Below are positions 11,584-24,740 of a stretch of DNA of 64,000 nucleotides, piece by piece. Source of the stretch: Streptococcus sp. (lineage in GTDB: Bacteria > Bacillota > Bacilli > Lactobacillales > Streptococcaceae); contig JBKTJB010000007.1 of NCBI GenBank assembly GCA_047241705.1, positions 47,332-111,331 of the forward strand, given 5' to 3'. Both the position numbers and the translations under genes were made by a program. Under the pieces are notes generated by a model. The model did not search any database. It was not told the DNA's origin and was given only the letters and a program-made list of their open reading frames with translations. Numbering within the stretch: position 1 is the first letter of the stretch; each line of letters starts with the position of its first letter.

Positions 11584-12929
11584 ATGTATGTAACCTATCA
11601 CTTTAAAGAGCGCTTGCGCTTGTTTTTGAGTCTATTTTTGCCGATTTTGATCTATCAATTGGCCAATTATTCGGCCAGCTTTGTCGATACAGCCATGACT
11701 GGTCAGTACCGGACCCTTGATTTGGCTGGTGTTTCTACAGCTACCAGTCTGTGGAATCCATTTTTACTTTTCTGACAGGGATTGTCTCTGCGCTGACACC
11801 GATTGTTGGGCATCATTTAGGCAAGGGAAATAAAGAACGGATTGCTGGCGATTTTTACCAATTCCTCTTATCTGTCATTTGGTATGGCCATTCTCTTAAT
11901 AGGCTTTGTTTGGGGGATTGCACCCATGATTCTCAAGCAGATCGGCTTAGAAAATGTTGTTGCTCAAATAGCCATTCGCTACTTATATTTCCTTTCTCTA
12001 GGAATCTTACCTTTGTTGCTCTTTAGTATCGTGCGGACCTTCCTCGATACCTTGGGCATGACGCGTCTATCCATGTACTTGATGCTCTTGCTTTTGCCTC
12101 TCAATGCTTGTTTTAACTATATCCTGATCTATGGAGCATTTGGTTTTCCTGAGATGGGAGGAGCAGGAGCAGGTCTTGGAACCTCTCTGGCCTACTGGGT
12201 CTTGTTGGCCATTGCGGTTTTGATCTTGTGCAAGCATCCCAAGGTAGCACCTTTCCAATTGTGGAAGCCACAGCCTTATGATTTTAAAGGGATGAAAGAA
12301 GTATTGCGACTTGGGCTTCCAATCGGTGGAATTGTTTTGCAGACAGTCATCTTCTCGCTGGTTGGTTTGTTAATGGCAAAATTCCCATCACTGACCACTG
12401 AGTCACCAATCAGCCATGAATTTTTCAACCCTGATGTATGCTTTCCGGTTGGGTATCTCCAGTACACATGGCGATTATCTATCTTACGAACTGGGAGCAG
12501 GGAAGACCAGAAGTGGTCAACAACATTGCCGTTTGGGGACGACTGACAGCCTTTGGCTTTGCCATTGCGTCACCCTCTGTCTTTCTCTATACATTCCGCT
12601 TCAAACTGGCAGGGCTATACGGCAAGGACCCAGTCTTTGTGCAGCACAAACAGCGATTTTCATGACTTATAGCCTCTTTTTCCAAGTGGCTGATACTCTT
12701 TGCAAAGACTCTCTACAAGGGATTTTGCGGGTTATAGGATACAACTGGTTCCATTCTTATTATGGCGTTTTAGTTATTGGTGTATTCTATCCCACTAGGG
12801 ACTTTCCTTGATCATGTGACCAACTTGGGTCCCTATGCTTATTGGATCGGCCTTATTTCTAGCCTTGTCGTGAGTGGAATTTGTTACCAGCTTCGGCTTT
12901 GGCAGATCGAAGAAAAGCAGGCAAACTAA
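11584..12929 (+). CDS. MATE family efflux transporter, heavily frameshifted
   Basis: FVDTAMTG, GFPEMGGAGAGLGT and LGLPIG motifs. Confidence 0.85.
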
Positions 12930-12975
12930 AATGAAGTCTGGGAAACCAGGCTTTTTATGTGCCGTGAATATTATA

Positions 12976-12990
12976 AATTTTCTGAAAGTT
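12976..12990 (+). promoter_or_regulatory. CodY box adjacent to the -35 of the ilvD promoter
   Basis: AATTTTCTGAAAGTT, one mismatch to AATTTTCWGAAAATT, directly before TTGACA. Confidence 0.75.
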
Positions 12991-13055
12991 CTTGACAATT
13001 GATGTCAAAGTGGTAAGATTAGGAGGTAGAAATGAAGAACTAGAAGGAGAACAAG

Positions 13056-14771
13056 ATGAGAAGTGATATGATCAAAATGGGGATCGACCGGGCACCAGCA
13101 CGTGGTCTCCTCTATGCAACAGGGCAAGTAAACCACAAAAGGATATGCAAAGCCCTTTATTGCCATTTGTAACCCTATAGTGATATCGTTCCAGGCCATG
13201 TTCACCTGCGTGAATTAGCAGATGTTGCCATGGAGGCTATCCGCGAGGCCAGGGGATTCCTTTGAACTTAATACCATCGGTGTGGATGATGGGATTGCGA
13301 TGGGCCATATCGGGATGCGTTATAGTTTGCCATCTCGCGAGTTGATCGCAGATGCTGCTGAAACAGTCATCAATGCCCACTGGTTTGACGGTGTTTTCTA
13401 TATTCCTAACTGTGATAAGATTACACCAGGAATGATCTTAGCAGGCCATGCGGACTCAATGTGCCAGCCGTATTTAGCTCTGGTGGACCCATGAAGGTGG
13501 CGTTGACATGACAGGTCATCAGGCGACGCTCTCAAGTTTGTTTGAAGCTGTAGGTACTTATCAAGCTGGTGATATGAGCATGGATGAGCTGGATTTCTTG
13601 GAAAAAAATGCCTGCCCAACTTGTGGCTCTTGCTCTGGTATGTTTACTGCCAATTCCATGAACCGTTTGATGGAAGCAATAGGTCTTGCTTCTTCCTGGA
13701 AATGGTACCATCCTAGCGGTTTCAGATGAACGTCGTGAATTGGTTCGCCAAGCGGCCAAACAATTGGTAGAGAATATTAAAAAGGATATCCGTCCACGGG
13801 ATATCGTGACTAAAGAAGCCATCGATGATGCTTTTGCGCTCGATATGGCCATGGGTGGTTCTACCAATACTGTGCTTCATACACTGGCTATTGCGCGTGA
13901 AGCAGGGATTGACTATGATCTCAAAGATATCAACGAAATTGCCAAGAAGACACCTTATCTTTCTAAAATTGCCCCTTCAAGTATTTATACTATGCTGATG
14001 TGCAGAAGCTGGTGGTGTTCCAGCCATTATCAATCAGTTGATCAAAAAGGTGCCATTAAGGGTGATCATACACAGTTACTGGTAAAACCTGAAAGAAAAC
14101 GTACTGGTGCTGGAAATCAAAATGAAGAAATTATCCATCCAATCGAGTATCCTATTTCACCTGTAGGTGGTTTGTCGATCCTTACGGAAATATCGCTCAG
14201 GATGGAGCTGTTATCAAGGTCGGTGGTGTAGATCCATCTGTGACCACTTTCCGTGGAAAGGCCATCTGCTGTGATTCGCAAGATCAAGCCCTGAGTTGTC
14301 GATTGATCAACTGGAACAGTCAAGAAGGGACATGTCGTTGTTATTCGTTACGAAGGTCCTCAGGGTGGACCTGGTATGCCAGAGATGCTAGCACCAACTT
14401 CTAAGATTGTCGGACGCGGTCTTGGTAAGGATGTGGCACTGATTACGGATGGTCGTTTCTCCGGAGCTACTCGTGGGATTGCTATTGGTCACGTTTCTCC
14501 AGAAGCAAGAGAAGGTGGAAATATCGCCTTGATTGAAGACGGGGATGAAATCGTGATCGACCTACCAAACCGTACGCATTGATTTGCTTGTCGATGATGC
14601 AACCCTTGCAGAACGTCGCAAACATTTGAAACCTTTCAAATCCAAAAATCTCCAGCGGTTGGTTGCGTCGCTATACAGCCTTTGCTAAATCAGCCAATGT
14701 CGGCGGAACCTTGATGAGTGACGAAGAATTCGAAGAACGGAAAGCAGAACGTCAAGCCCAAGAAAAATTAG
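13056..14771 (+). CDS. ilvD: Dihydroxy-acid dehydratase, frameshifted
   Basis: [42 protein letters not shown] and ITDGRFSG motifs. Confidence 0.93.
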
Positions 14772-14829
14772 AAAAAACCTTTCCTGCTATGTGATATCAC
14801 AAGCAAGAAAGGTTTTTTTAGTGGAACCA

Positions 14830-15012
14830 TTATTTGGTGCGCATTTCACCTTGAGGGAAGTAGGTTCCTTCAGGCATATCATTAATGATAACGTGAACAG
14901 CTGACTGAGGAGCGCCAGTATTGCGGACAACAGCTTCGGTTACTTCCTTGGCCAAGGCTTTCTTTTGTTCCAAGGTGCGTCCTTCAAATAGGTCAATTCG
15001 TACAAATGGCAT
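14830..15012 (-). CDS. 4-oxalocrotonate tautomerase family protein
   Basis: Pro1 start MPFVRIDLFEGRT, 60 aa. Confidence 0.9.
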   Translation of the reverse strand: MPFVRIDLFEGRTLEQKKALAKEVTEAVVRNTGAPQSAVHVIINDMPEGTYFPQGEMRTK

Positions 15013-15126
15013 ATGGCCACCTCCTAAATTTTTTATAGGACTATTTTATCACATTTTGGGATACAAAGCTTAGCAAAATTATGGTAAAATGATAATGAAA
15101 CACATTTTAGAGAGAACAGAAGGAAA

Positions 15127-15720
15127 ATGGCACAATTATATTATAAATATGGGACCATGAACTCGGGGAAAACCATTGAGATCTTGAAGGTGGCCCACAA
15201 TTATGAAGAGCAAGGCAAGAGCGTCGTCATCATGACCTCGGCAATCGATACACGAGATGGAGTAGGAGTGGTTTCTAGTCGGATCGGTATGAAACGAGAA
15301 GCCGTTGCAATTGAAGACGATACGGATATCTTTGGCTTTATTAAAAACCAAACAATCAAACCTTACTGTGTCTTAATCGATGAAGCTCAATTTTTGAAAC
15401 GCCACCATGTCTATGACTTGGCAAGAGTCGTGGATGAACTGGATGTGCCGGTCATGGCTTTTGGCCTCAAAAATGATTTCCGAAATGAACTCTTTGAAGG
15501 TTCCAAACACCTCCTCTTGTTAGCCGACAAGATTGAGGAGATCAAAACCATCTGCCAATACTGTTCCCGCAAGGCGACCATGGTCTTGCGTACCCAAGCG
15601 GGCAAACCTGTCTACGATGGAGAGCAGATCCAGATCGTGGACACGAGACCTATATCTCCGTTTGCCGCAAGCATTATTTTAATCCAGACATACCAACCGA
15701 AAGCGTCTAGAACGTTTTAG
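15127..15720 (+). CDS. tdk: Thymidine kinase
   Basis: [14 protein letters not shown] and CxxC motifs. Confidence 0.95.
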   Translation: MAQLYYKYGTMNSGKTIEILKVAHNYEEQGKSVVIMTSAIDTRDGVGVVSSRIGMKREAVAIEDDTDIFGFIKNQTIKPYCVLIDEAQFLKRHHVYDLARVVDELDVPVMAFGLKNDFRNELFEGSKHLLLLADKIEEIKTICQYCSRKATMVLRTQAGKPVYDGEQIQIVDTRPISPFAASIILIQTYQPKASRTF

Positions 15721-15731
15721 AGAGGATAATA

Positions 15732-16211
15732 ATGTCTATTTGTTTAAAAGAAATTACAATAGAGAATTATTTTGACGTTTTAAATCTAGAAGTTCATCCA
15801 AACCAAAGGAATTTTATTGCATCCAATTCCATTAGTTTAGCTGAAGCCTATGTATATGATAAAAATGGTGATTTTATAGCTCCCTTAGCAGTTTATGATA
15901 AGGAAGTATTAGTTGGTTTTGCTGTGATTGCCTATGACCAGATAATTGGGATCAGCAAGGGGAACTACTTGTTATTTCGTTTTATGATCGATAAACGATT
16001 TCAAGGTTTAGGCTATTTTAAACCGACTATGGATGCAGTCATTGACTTTGTTCGAACAGAGCCAGCTGGAAAAGCAAGAAGTCTTTGGTTATCTTATGAA
16101 CCGGAAAATAATCAAGCGAGATCTTGCTATCTCCATTATGGATTTAAAGAAACTGGCGAAGTCATAGAAGACGAAATTGTAGCAATCTATGATCTAACAA
16201 CCAAGAATTAA
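15732..16211 (+). CDS. GNAT N-acetyltransferase (spermidine acetyltransferase/BltD-like)
   Basis: RFMIDKRFQGLG, LSYEPEN and YLHYGF motifs; intact. Confidence 0.8.
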   Translation: MSICLKEITIENYFDVLNLEVHPNQRNFIASNSISLAEAYVYDKNGDFIAPLAVYDKEVLVGFAVIAYDQIIGISKGNYLLFRFMIDKRFQGLGYFKPTMDAVIDFVRTEPAGKARSLWLSYEPENNQARSCYLHYGFKETGEVIEDEIVAIYDLTTKN

Positions 16212-16220
16212 GGAGCAAAC

Positions 16221-17296
16221 ATGAATATCTATGATCAACTACAAGCTGTAGAAGACCGTTATGAAGAGTTAGGAGAATTGTTGAGTGACCCAGATGTGGT
16301 CTCTGATACCAAACGATTTATGGAGCTTTCAAAAGAAGAAGCTTCCACTCGTGATACGGTGACAGCCTACCGAGAGTACAAGCAAGTCCTTCAAAACATT
16401 GTTGACGCTGAAGAAATGATTAAGGAAGCAGGTGGCGATGCGGACTTGGAAGAAATGGCCAAGCAAGAGCTAAAAGATGCTAAGGCTGAAAAAGAAGAGT
16501 ACGAAGAAAAACTGAAGATCTTACTTCTTCCAAAAGATCCAAACGATGACAAGAACATTATCTTGGAAATCCGTGGAGCAGCTGGAGGAGACGAAGCCCA
16601 ATTGTTTGCTGGCGACCTCTTGCAGATGTACCAAAAATACGCGGAAAGCCAAGGCTGGCGCTTTGAAGTTATGGAAGCCTTCACAATGGCGTTGGTGGGA
16701 TTAAAGAAGTCGTAGCCATGGTTTCTGGTCAATCAGTTTATTCAAAACTCAAGTATGAATCTGGTGCCCACCGGGTACAACGGGTTCCTGTGACAGAAAG
16801 CCAAGGTCGTGTCCATACTTCGACTGCTACAGTTCTAGTTATGCCAGAAATCGAAGAAGTCGAGTACGACATTGATCCAAAAGACCTACGGATTGATATC
16901 TACCACGCATCTGGTGCAGGTGGACAGAACGTCAACAAGGTCGCAACAGCCGTTCGTATCGTCCACTCTGCCAACCAATATCAAGGTCGAGATGCAAGAA
17001 GAACGGACCAACAGAAGAACCGCGAAAAGCCATGAAGATCATCCGTGCGTGTGGCTGACCACTTTGCTCAGATTGCTCAAGACGAGCAAGACGCTGAACG
17101 GAAGTCAACCATCGGTACTGGTGATCGTTCAGAGCGGATCCGGACTTACAACTTCCCTCAAAACCGTGTGACCGATCACCGGATTGGCTTGACCCTTCAA
17201 AAACTGGATACCATCTTATCTGGTAAATTAGATGAAGTGGTCGATGCTTTGGTCTTGTATGATCAAACACAAAAACTAGAAGAGTTGAACAAATAA
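16221..17296 (+). CDS. prfA: Peptide chain release factor 1, frameshifted
   Basis: [16 protein letters not shown] and [16 protein letters not shown]. Confidence 0.95.
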
Positions 17297-18137
17297 TGTT
17301 GTTGGGACCATTATTAGCCCAGTATGAAGAAGAATTAATAGCCGTTGGAGAGGAAGCAGAAAGCCTCTCCTTCGCGTATCGTGCTTTAAAAAACTGGACT
17401 TTTACAGACTTTGTCCTTGCCTTGCAAAAAGAAGTGGAAGTAGAGGATCAGGCCTTGCTTCTATCCATCTTTGAGCAGTTGAAACATCACGTCCCTGCCC
17501 AGATATATTATTGGTAGTGCAGAATTCTGTGGCCATGTTTTTACAGTGGATGAGCGCGTGCTGATCCCACGACCTGAAACAGAAGAATTGGTCGCTCTTA
17601 TTCTCGAAGAAAACGATGAGAAAGCCTTACGAGTTCTAGATATCGGAACAGGTAGTGGGGCCATTGCCATTAGCCTAGCCCTTTGCTAGACCTACCTGGC
17701 AGGTTCAAGCTAGTGATGTCTCAGCAAGAGGCTTTGGAGCTGGCTCAAGAAAATGCCAAGCAGTTAGAAGCTGTCCCTTGCCTTCAAGTCGTCAGATGTA
17801 CTGGATCGATCTAGAAGGTCCTTATGACCTGATTGTATCCAACCCTCCCTATATCTCTCGGGATGATGTAGAAGAGGTTGGAGCCAATGTTTTAGCCTCT
17901 GAACCCCACTTAGCTCTTTTTGCGGATCGTGATGGATATGCCATCTACGAAAAGATTGCCCAGCAAGCACCAAGTGTTTTAACACCAGACGGAAAGATCT
18001 ATCTAGAAATTGGCTATAAGCAAGGAGCCAAGGTAAAAGAGCTTTTTCAAGAAGCATTTCCTGACAAACGCGTTCGAGTTCTGAAAGACCAATTTGGACA
18101 AGATAGAATGGTAGTAGTAGACAATGGATCACATTGA
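17296..18137 (+). CDS. prmC: Release factor glutamine methyltransferase, frameshifted
   Basis: [15 protein letters not shown] and NPPY motifs. Confidence 0.93.
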
Positions 18138-18740
18138 GAAAGAATTAGAAGCAGGACGTGCGGTTATTCTGCCAACTGAAACAGTCTATGGTATATTCGC
18201 TAAAGCTTTGGACCAAGAGGCAGTCGATTATATTTACGAGTTAAAACGTAGACCTAGAGACAAGGCTCTGAATTTAAATGTAGCCGGCGAAGAAGCGATT
18301 CGACTTTATTCGAAGAATCAACCTAGTTATTTAACAAAACTGGTTGATTCATTTTTACCAGGACCTCTGACTATTATCCTTCAGGCGAATGACAAGGTAC
18401 CTGGCTGGATTCATTCAGGATTGGATACAGTTGGCTTCCGTATTCCGGCTCACCCAAAAACGTTGGAATTAATTCGTAAGTACGGTCCTTTGGTTGGTCC
18501 CTCGGCTAATCTTTCAGGTCATGCAAGTGGAACAAAGTATGAGGCTATTGTAAGCGAATTTGACTCAAGTGGTTCCTGGTATAGAGGATGATGACTTCTT
18601 TGACTGGCCAAGATTCAACTATTTTGGATATCTCTGGTTCTAAAGCCAGGATTTTGCGGCAAGGTTCGATTACACAAGCTGATTTGCTTGCACAAGTGCC
18701 CCAGAGCTTTCCTTTGGAGGAGGATGAACTTCCTCAGTGA
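18124..18740 (+). CDS. tsaC: L-threonylcarbamoyladenylate synthase (Sua5/YrdC/TsaC)
   Basis: PTETVYG, PGPLT and PSANLSG motifs. Confidence 0.9.
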
Positions 18741-18777
18741 TAATGTACATAAACAATTTTTATAAAGGAGTAGACCC

Positions 18778-20032
18778 ATGATTTTTGATAAAGAAGATTA
18801 CAAAGCCTATGATGCAGACCTATGGAATGCGATCGCTAGAAGAAGAAGAGCGTCAACAAAACAATATTGAATTGATTGCTTCTGAAAATGTCGTCTCTAA
18901 GGCAGTGATGGCTGCTCAAGGGTCTATTCTGACCAACAAATATGCCGAAGGCTATCCTGGCCGTCGTTACTATGGCGGGACAGATGTGGTCGATGTGGTC
19001 ATGAAAGTCTCGCGATCGAACGGGCCAAAGAAATCTTTTGGTGCTAAATTTGCCAACGTTCAACCGCATTCAGGAAGTCAGGCAAACTGCGCTCGCTTAT
19101 ATGGCCTTGATTGAGCCTGGTGATACTGTCATGGGGATGGATCTAGTGCCGGTGGACATTTGACGCACGGAGCTCGTAGCTTCTCTGGTCAAACCTATAA
19201 CTTTGTGTCTTATAGTGTAGATCCTGAAACAGAGCTCTTGGATTTTGATGCCATCCTAAAACAAGCCCAAGAAGTGAAGCCAAAACTCATCGTTGCTGGT
19301 GCCTCAGCCTACTCTCATATCATTGATTTCTAAATTCCGTGAGATTGCAGATGCAGTAGGAGCTAAGCTCATGGTTGATATGGCCCATATCGCTGGTCTC
19401 GTGGCAGCAGGTCTTCATCCAAGTCCAGTTCCTTATGCCCATATCACGACCACGACCACTCACAAGACCCTTCGTGGACCTCGTGGAGGCCTAATCTTGA
19501 CCAATGATGAGGAATTGGCTAAGAAAATTAACTCTGCTATTTCTCCTGGTATTCAAGGAGGACCGTTGGAGCATGCCATTGCAGCCAAAGCTGTCGCCTT
19601 CAAAGAAGCGCTGGATCCTGCCTTTAAAGAGTATGCAGCTAACGTGATTAAGAACAGTCAGGCCATGGCTGATGTCTTCTTGCAAGATCCAGATTTCCGA
19701 GTTATTTCAGGAGGAACAGAGAACCACCTTTTCCTTGTCGACGTCACTAAAGTCGTTGAAAATGGGAAAGTGGCGCAAAACTTGTTGGATGAAGTTAATA
19801 TCACTCTCAACAAGAACTCTATTCCTTATGAAACCCTTGTCTCCATTTAAGACCAGTGGGATTCGGATTGTGCAGCGCCTATCACCGCTCGTGGTTTTGG
19901 TGAAAAAGAAAGTCGCACCGTTGCTGAACTGATGATCAAAGCGCTGAAGAATGCGGACAAGCAAGAAGTATTAGACGAAGTACGTAGCCAAGTCAAAGCC
20001 TTGACAGACGCCTTCCACTTTACGAGGTCTAA
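18778..20032 (+). CDS. glyA: Serine hydroxymethyltransferase, frameshifted
   Basis: [17 protein letters not shown] and [12 protein letters not shown]. Confidence 0.95.
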
Positions 20033-20041
20033 ACCATCTTG

Positions 20042-21016
20042 ATGGATATTTACGTAAAGAAAGCCATCATTCATCAATTCAGCCCTGACGATACCGATCT
20101 CTATCTGGTAGATAAATTCCTCAATATCACGCCTAAAATCGAGGAATACTTGCGCAAGAAGATTGAACGGGTCTATTCCGATGAAGCCAGGACCGGTATT
20201 TTCGAAGAGGACAACCTTTTCTTGAGATGATCTCAGATGACCTATTAGAAACTTCGGTCGCAGTAGCGAATCGCTGGAAGGAAGAATTTGTCGTCTCTGA
20301 GAATCAAAAGACCAACGATTTGGTGTTCGTCCAATTCTCGAAAGAAGGAGTGGAGCATTTTGCCTTTCTTCGAATCGCCTTACGAGAAACCTTGACGCCA
20401 TCTTGGCGGTGAAGTGGACAATCCGATTAAGCTGACGCAAAACAATCTACCTGGTTTTGGGACTGGTGCATGACGAGGCCTTGGTCATCAATCTTCAAAG
20501 CCGCAAATACCACTTGATTGAAAAACGGATCAAGTATAACGGGACGTTCTTGAATTATTTTTCTGAGAATCTGTTGCAGGCGCAACCCAAGATCTCTCCC
20601 AAAAATCGATCAAGGCACTGGAAAAACAGCCCAGAAGATTGCGGAAAGCTTTAACACAGATGATTTTCAATTTCAATCAAAGGTTAAATCAGCTATTTTT
20701 AACCATATTGAGGAAGAAAATAAACTCTCTCCTGAGAAATTAGCGGATGATCTCTTCGACGACAATCTGACAGCTCGCCTCAGTTTTATTGACCAAGTCA
20801 AAGAAGCTGTACCTGAACCTGTCACCTTTGGAAGAGATTGATGCAAGTCGCCAGTTGAAGAAGTTCGAAAATCAGAAATTGTCATTGTCAAATGGAATTG
20901 AACTGATCGTTCCGAATAATGTCTATGAAGATGCAGAATCTGTTGAATTTATTCTAAACGAGAACGGGACCTATTCTATTCTGATCAAAAACATTGAGGA
21001 TATACAGAGTAAATAA
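20042..21016 (+). CDS. Nucleoid-associated protein (NdpA/YejK-like), frameshifted
   Basis: [13 protein letters not shown] start; conserved position after glyA in streptococci. Confidence 0.75.
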
Positions 21017-21619
21017 TGATTAAACGTATAGTGAAGATCTTCTTATTCATCTTACTAATATTTGGAATCTACAAGGGTGTCCAGATCCACCATGATGTCA
21101 AACAAGTCATGCAGTACCGCTCCCTGGTTAGAGAAGTCCTTGCTGAGGAGGACACCACGGCCAATGAAAACCTCATTCTGGCTATGATCTATACGGAGAC
21201 CAAAGGCAGAGAAGACGATGTCATGCAGGCGAGTGAGAGTGCAAGTGGTGAGACCAATACTATTAGTGATAATAAGGCCAGTATTCGCCAAGGAATTCAA
21301 GCTCTTTCAGATGAGTTAAAAGAAGCCAAGAAAAAAGGCGTTGATAGCTGGACTGCGGTTCAAGCCTATAATTTTGGGAAAGACTACATCGATTACGTCG
21401 CAAAACACGGTGGAACAAATTCCCTAGAGTTGGCCCGCGCTTATTCACGGGATGTAGTAGCGCCAAGTCTTGGCAATGTAACCGGTGAAACTTATCTTTA
21501 CCTCCACCCTATCTCTCTTTTAAACGGGATGGAACTCTACATAAATGGTGGCGAATATTTATTATTCCCGTTTAGTAGAAACCAATATGACGATTATGAA
21601 GCTATTTTCATGGTTTTAA
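21016..21619 (+). CDS. Lysozyme-like family protein (PvaA-like)
   Basis: [18 protein letters not shown] and AVQAYNFG motifs. Confidence 0.8.
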
Positions 21620-21855
21620 TCATTTTTCAAAGAGCCGATTGGCTCTTTTTTAAATCGATCAGTTCTGCCTCCGATTTTGAGGGATAATAAAAATGTCATG
21701 CATTCTTAAAAAACTGTAAGCTAGTTTTAAGAAATCAACTGTATAATGAAAATCGAAGTGGGTAAACTCTTTATTTACTTCTTTTTTCATCTCTAGTGAG
21801 GTGAGAAAAGTAATATGAGATGCTACCAGAGTTGATTTGAATTAGAAAGAAGAAA

Positions 21856-22874
21856 ATGATGAAAATAAAGAAGATTGCATTGTTTAGTAACAACGACTTT
21901 AGCCTTGTTTACAGCTGTCCCACGTGTTTCTGCAGATAGCAATGTGCAGAAAGTTATTGATGAAACCTATGTCAAGCCAGACTATGTTTTGGGCTATTCG
22001 CTGGACCAAAGTCAAATCGAACAAACCTTGAGTCTCTTGAACTACGATAGTTCAAAAGATAAAGAAGAGTGGAAGACCATGACACCAGAGGTTTATTCTT
22101 CGATTATGAACGTTGCCAACGATGATAGTTTGGAACTTTATTCCTCTGTTAAAATTCAAAAATTAGGCAAAAATAAGCCACTAGAAGTCAATATCGTGAC
22201 GCCTCAAAACATCACCAAGGTCACTGCAGATATGTATCGTAATGCAGCCGTTACACTTGGATTGGAGCATGCTCAAATTACAGTCGCATCTCCTGTCCAA
22301 GTAACAGGTGAAAGTGCCTTAGCTGGTATCTATTACTCGCTTGAGAAGAATGGCGCCAAAGTTTCTCAAGAAAGCAAAGATCTGGCTCAAGAAGAGTTAA
22401 AGACTCTATCCGGGATCAACGAGGAAAACGCTGGCAAGAAAAACCTCGATGCAGATAAGTTAAACGTCGCTTTGACCGATATTAAAACAGCGGTAGCCAA
22501 TGCCAAACAGAACAATCAGGATTTAAGCAAGGATGATATCCGGAAAATCGTCAGAAGAAACCCTCAAAAACTACAAGTTAGATACAACTGTGACAGGCGA
22601 CCAGATTAATTTGATTGTTAATTTCGCAGTGAACCTTTCAAAGAGTAGCGTCATCAGTAGCAAAAGCTTTACTAAAACTTTGTCGGATCTGAAAGATAGT
22701 TATCGTAGACAAGGCAGGCGATACCTTTAATCAATATCAATCTCAATTTTGATACAAATGCAATTTTAAAAGATAGTGGCAACTTCTTCAACAAATGCGT
22801 GGAATGCCATTGCTGGTTTCTTCGGAGCCATCTGGGATGCCATTGTTAAATTCTTTAGTGGTTTAGTTGGATAA
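21856..22874 (+). CDS. DUF1002 domain secreted protein, frameshifted
   Basis: Signal peptide; MYRNAAVTLG and VTGESALAGIY motifs. Confidence 0.8.
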
Positions 22875-22877
22875 ACA

Positions 22878-22922
22878 TAGCACAAAAGCACTGCTGACAA
22901 GAAGTCAGAGTGCTTTTTGTGT
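22878..22922 (+). terminator. Rho-independent terminator
   Basis: cacaaaagcact...agtgctttttgtg hairpin. Confidence 0.65.
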
Positions 22923-22961
22923 GCGATTAGCTATTTTTAGAATGAGCTAAATTCTTATGTT

Positions 22962-23046
22962 AAGCTCACGAAGAGGGTCCCGCGGACCTTTAACTCGCTC
23001 TATTGTTTTAAAGCTCATGAAAAAAAGGTCCTCCGGACCTTTTTTT
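22962..23046. repeat. Two imperfect direct repeats (49-bp period), each with a GGTCC-nnn-GGACC hairpin
   Basis: aagctcacgaagagggtcccgcggaccttt and aagctcatgaaaaaaaggtcctccggaccttttt. Confidence 0.6.
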
Positions 23047-24612
23047 ATTCCCACTCTACAGTTGCAGGTGGTTTACTTGTGATATCGTAGACAATGCGGT
23101 TTACGTGGTCAACTTCGTTTACGATACGGACTGAGATTTTTTGGAGAACTTCCCATGGAATCTTCGCAAAGTCAGCTGTCATTCCGTCGATAGAAGTGAT
23201 AGCGCGGATAGCGATAGTGTAGTCGTAAGTACGACCATCTCCCATAACACCACACGGAACGAACGCCAGTGTTAACCAGTGAAGTATTGCCAGATATCGC
23301 GTTCAAGACCAGCTTTAGCGATTTCTTCACGAAGGATAGCGTCTGATTCACGGACAGTTTCGAGTTTTTCTTCAGTGATTTCTCCCATAACACGGATGGC
23401 AAGACCTGGACCTGGGAATGGTTGGCGCCATACGATGTGGTCTGGCATACCAAGCTCTGTACCAAGGGCACGAACCTCATCCTTGTAAAGAGTGTTAGTG
23501 GTTCGATGAGTTCAAACTGCATGTCTTCTGGAAGTCCACCAACGTTGTGGTGAGATTTAATAGTTTGAGCAGTATCAGTACCTGACTCGATGACGTCTGT
23601 ATAGAGTGTTCCTTGAGCAAGGAATTTCACATCTTTTAGTTTGCTTGCTTCATCGTCAAAGACATAGACAAATTCGTTCCCAATGATCTTGCGTTTTTGT
23701 TCGGGATCAGACACACCAGCCAATTTATCAAGGAAACGTTTAGCAGCGTCTGCTTTAACAATGTTCAAACCAAATTTGCCACCAAGCATCTCCATAACTT
23801 GATCTGCTTCCCCTTTACGAAGAAGACCGTGGTCTACAAAGATACAAATCAATTGATCGCCGATTGCTTTTTGGAGAAGAACCCCAACAACAGAAGAGTC
23901 AACACCACCTGAAAGGCCAAGAAGGACACGTTTGTCTCCGACGGTTTCACGGATTTTTTTGATCTGCATGTCAATGAAGTTGTCCATGGTCCAGTCACCT
24001 TTAGCCCCACAGATGTTCAAGGCAAAGTTACGCAAGATATCATAACCGTGAACAGAGTGACGAACCTCAGGGTGGAATTGGATTCCGTAGATTTTCTTGT
24101 CTGGATTTTCAATCGATGCAAAAGGACAATCGGCAGAAGTACCAGTGCGGATAAAGTCAGACGGAATTTCTGTAACAGCATCTCCATGGCTCATCAAGAC
24201 TAATTGTTTGTCTGGTGTATCCGCAAAAAGAGCAGAAGTTTCTGTCAAGCTGAGTTCAGATTGACCATATTCACGGTTACCAGCATCACCTGCAGGAACG
24301 ACCTTCCCACCCAATTTATGGGTCAATAATTGCATCCCGTAACAGATTCCAAGGATTGGAATACCGAGTTCGAAAATTTCAGGATCGATATCAAAAGAAC
24401 CTTCCTCGTATACAGAGTTTGGTCCGCCTGAAAGAACGATCCCGACTGGATTGATTTCACGAACTTCATCAGCAGAAATCTTGTGGCTCTTCAACTCTGA
24501 GAAAACACCACATTTCACGAATCCGCCGTGAAATAAGCTGATTGTATTGGCTACCGTAGTCAAGCACGATGATTTTTTCAACATCATGCAAATCAGTTGA
24601 TAGGTTTGTCAT
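23045..24612 (-). CDS. guaA: GMP synthase (glutamine-hydrolysing), frameshifted
   Basis: [28 protein letters not shown] and KPPATVEWE. Confidence 0.96.
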
Positions 24613-24740
24613 CTTATCCCCTTCTTAAAGAAATTTACTTTCCTCTATTCTAACACAAAAGCCTTGTCTTTACCAATCTCTGATTGAAGAATTAGGAATT
24701 TTACGCTACAATAGAGATAACACAGAGAAAGAGCAAGGTT

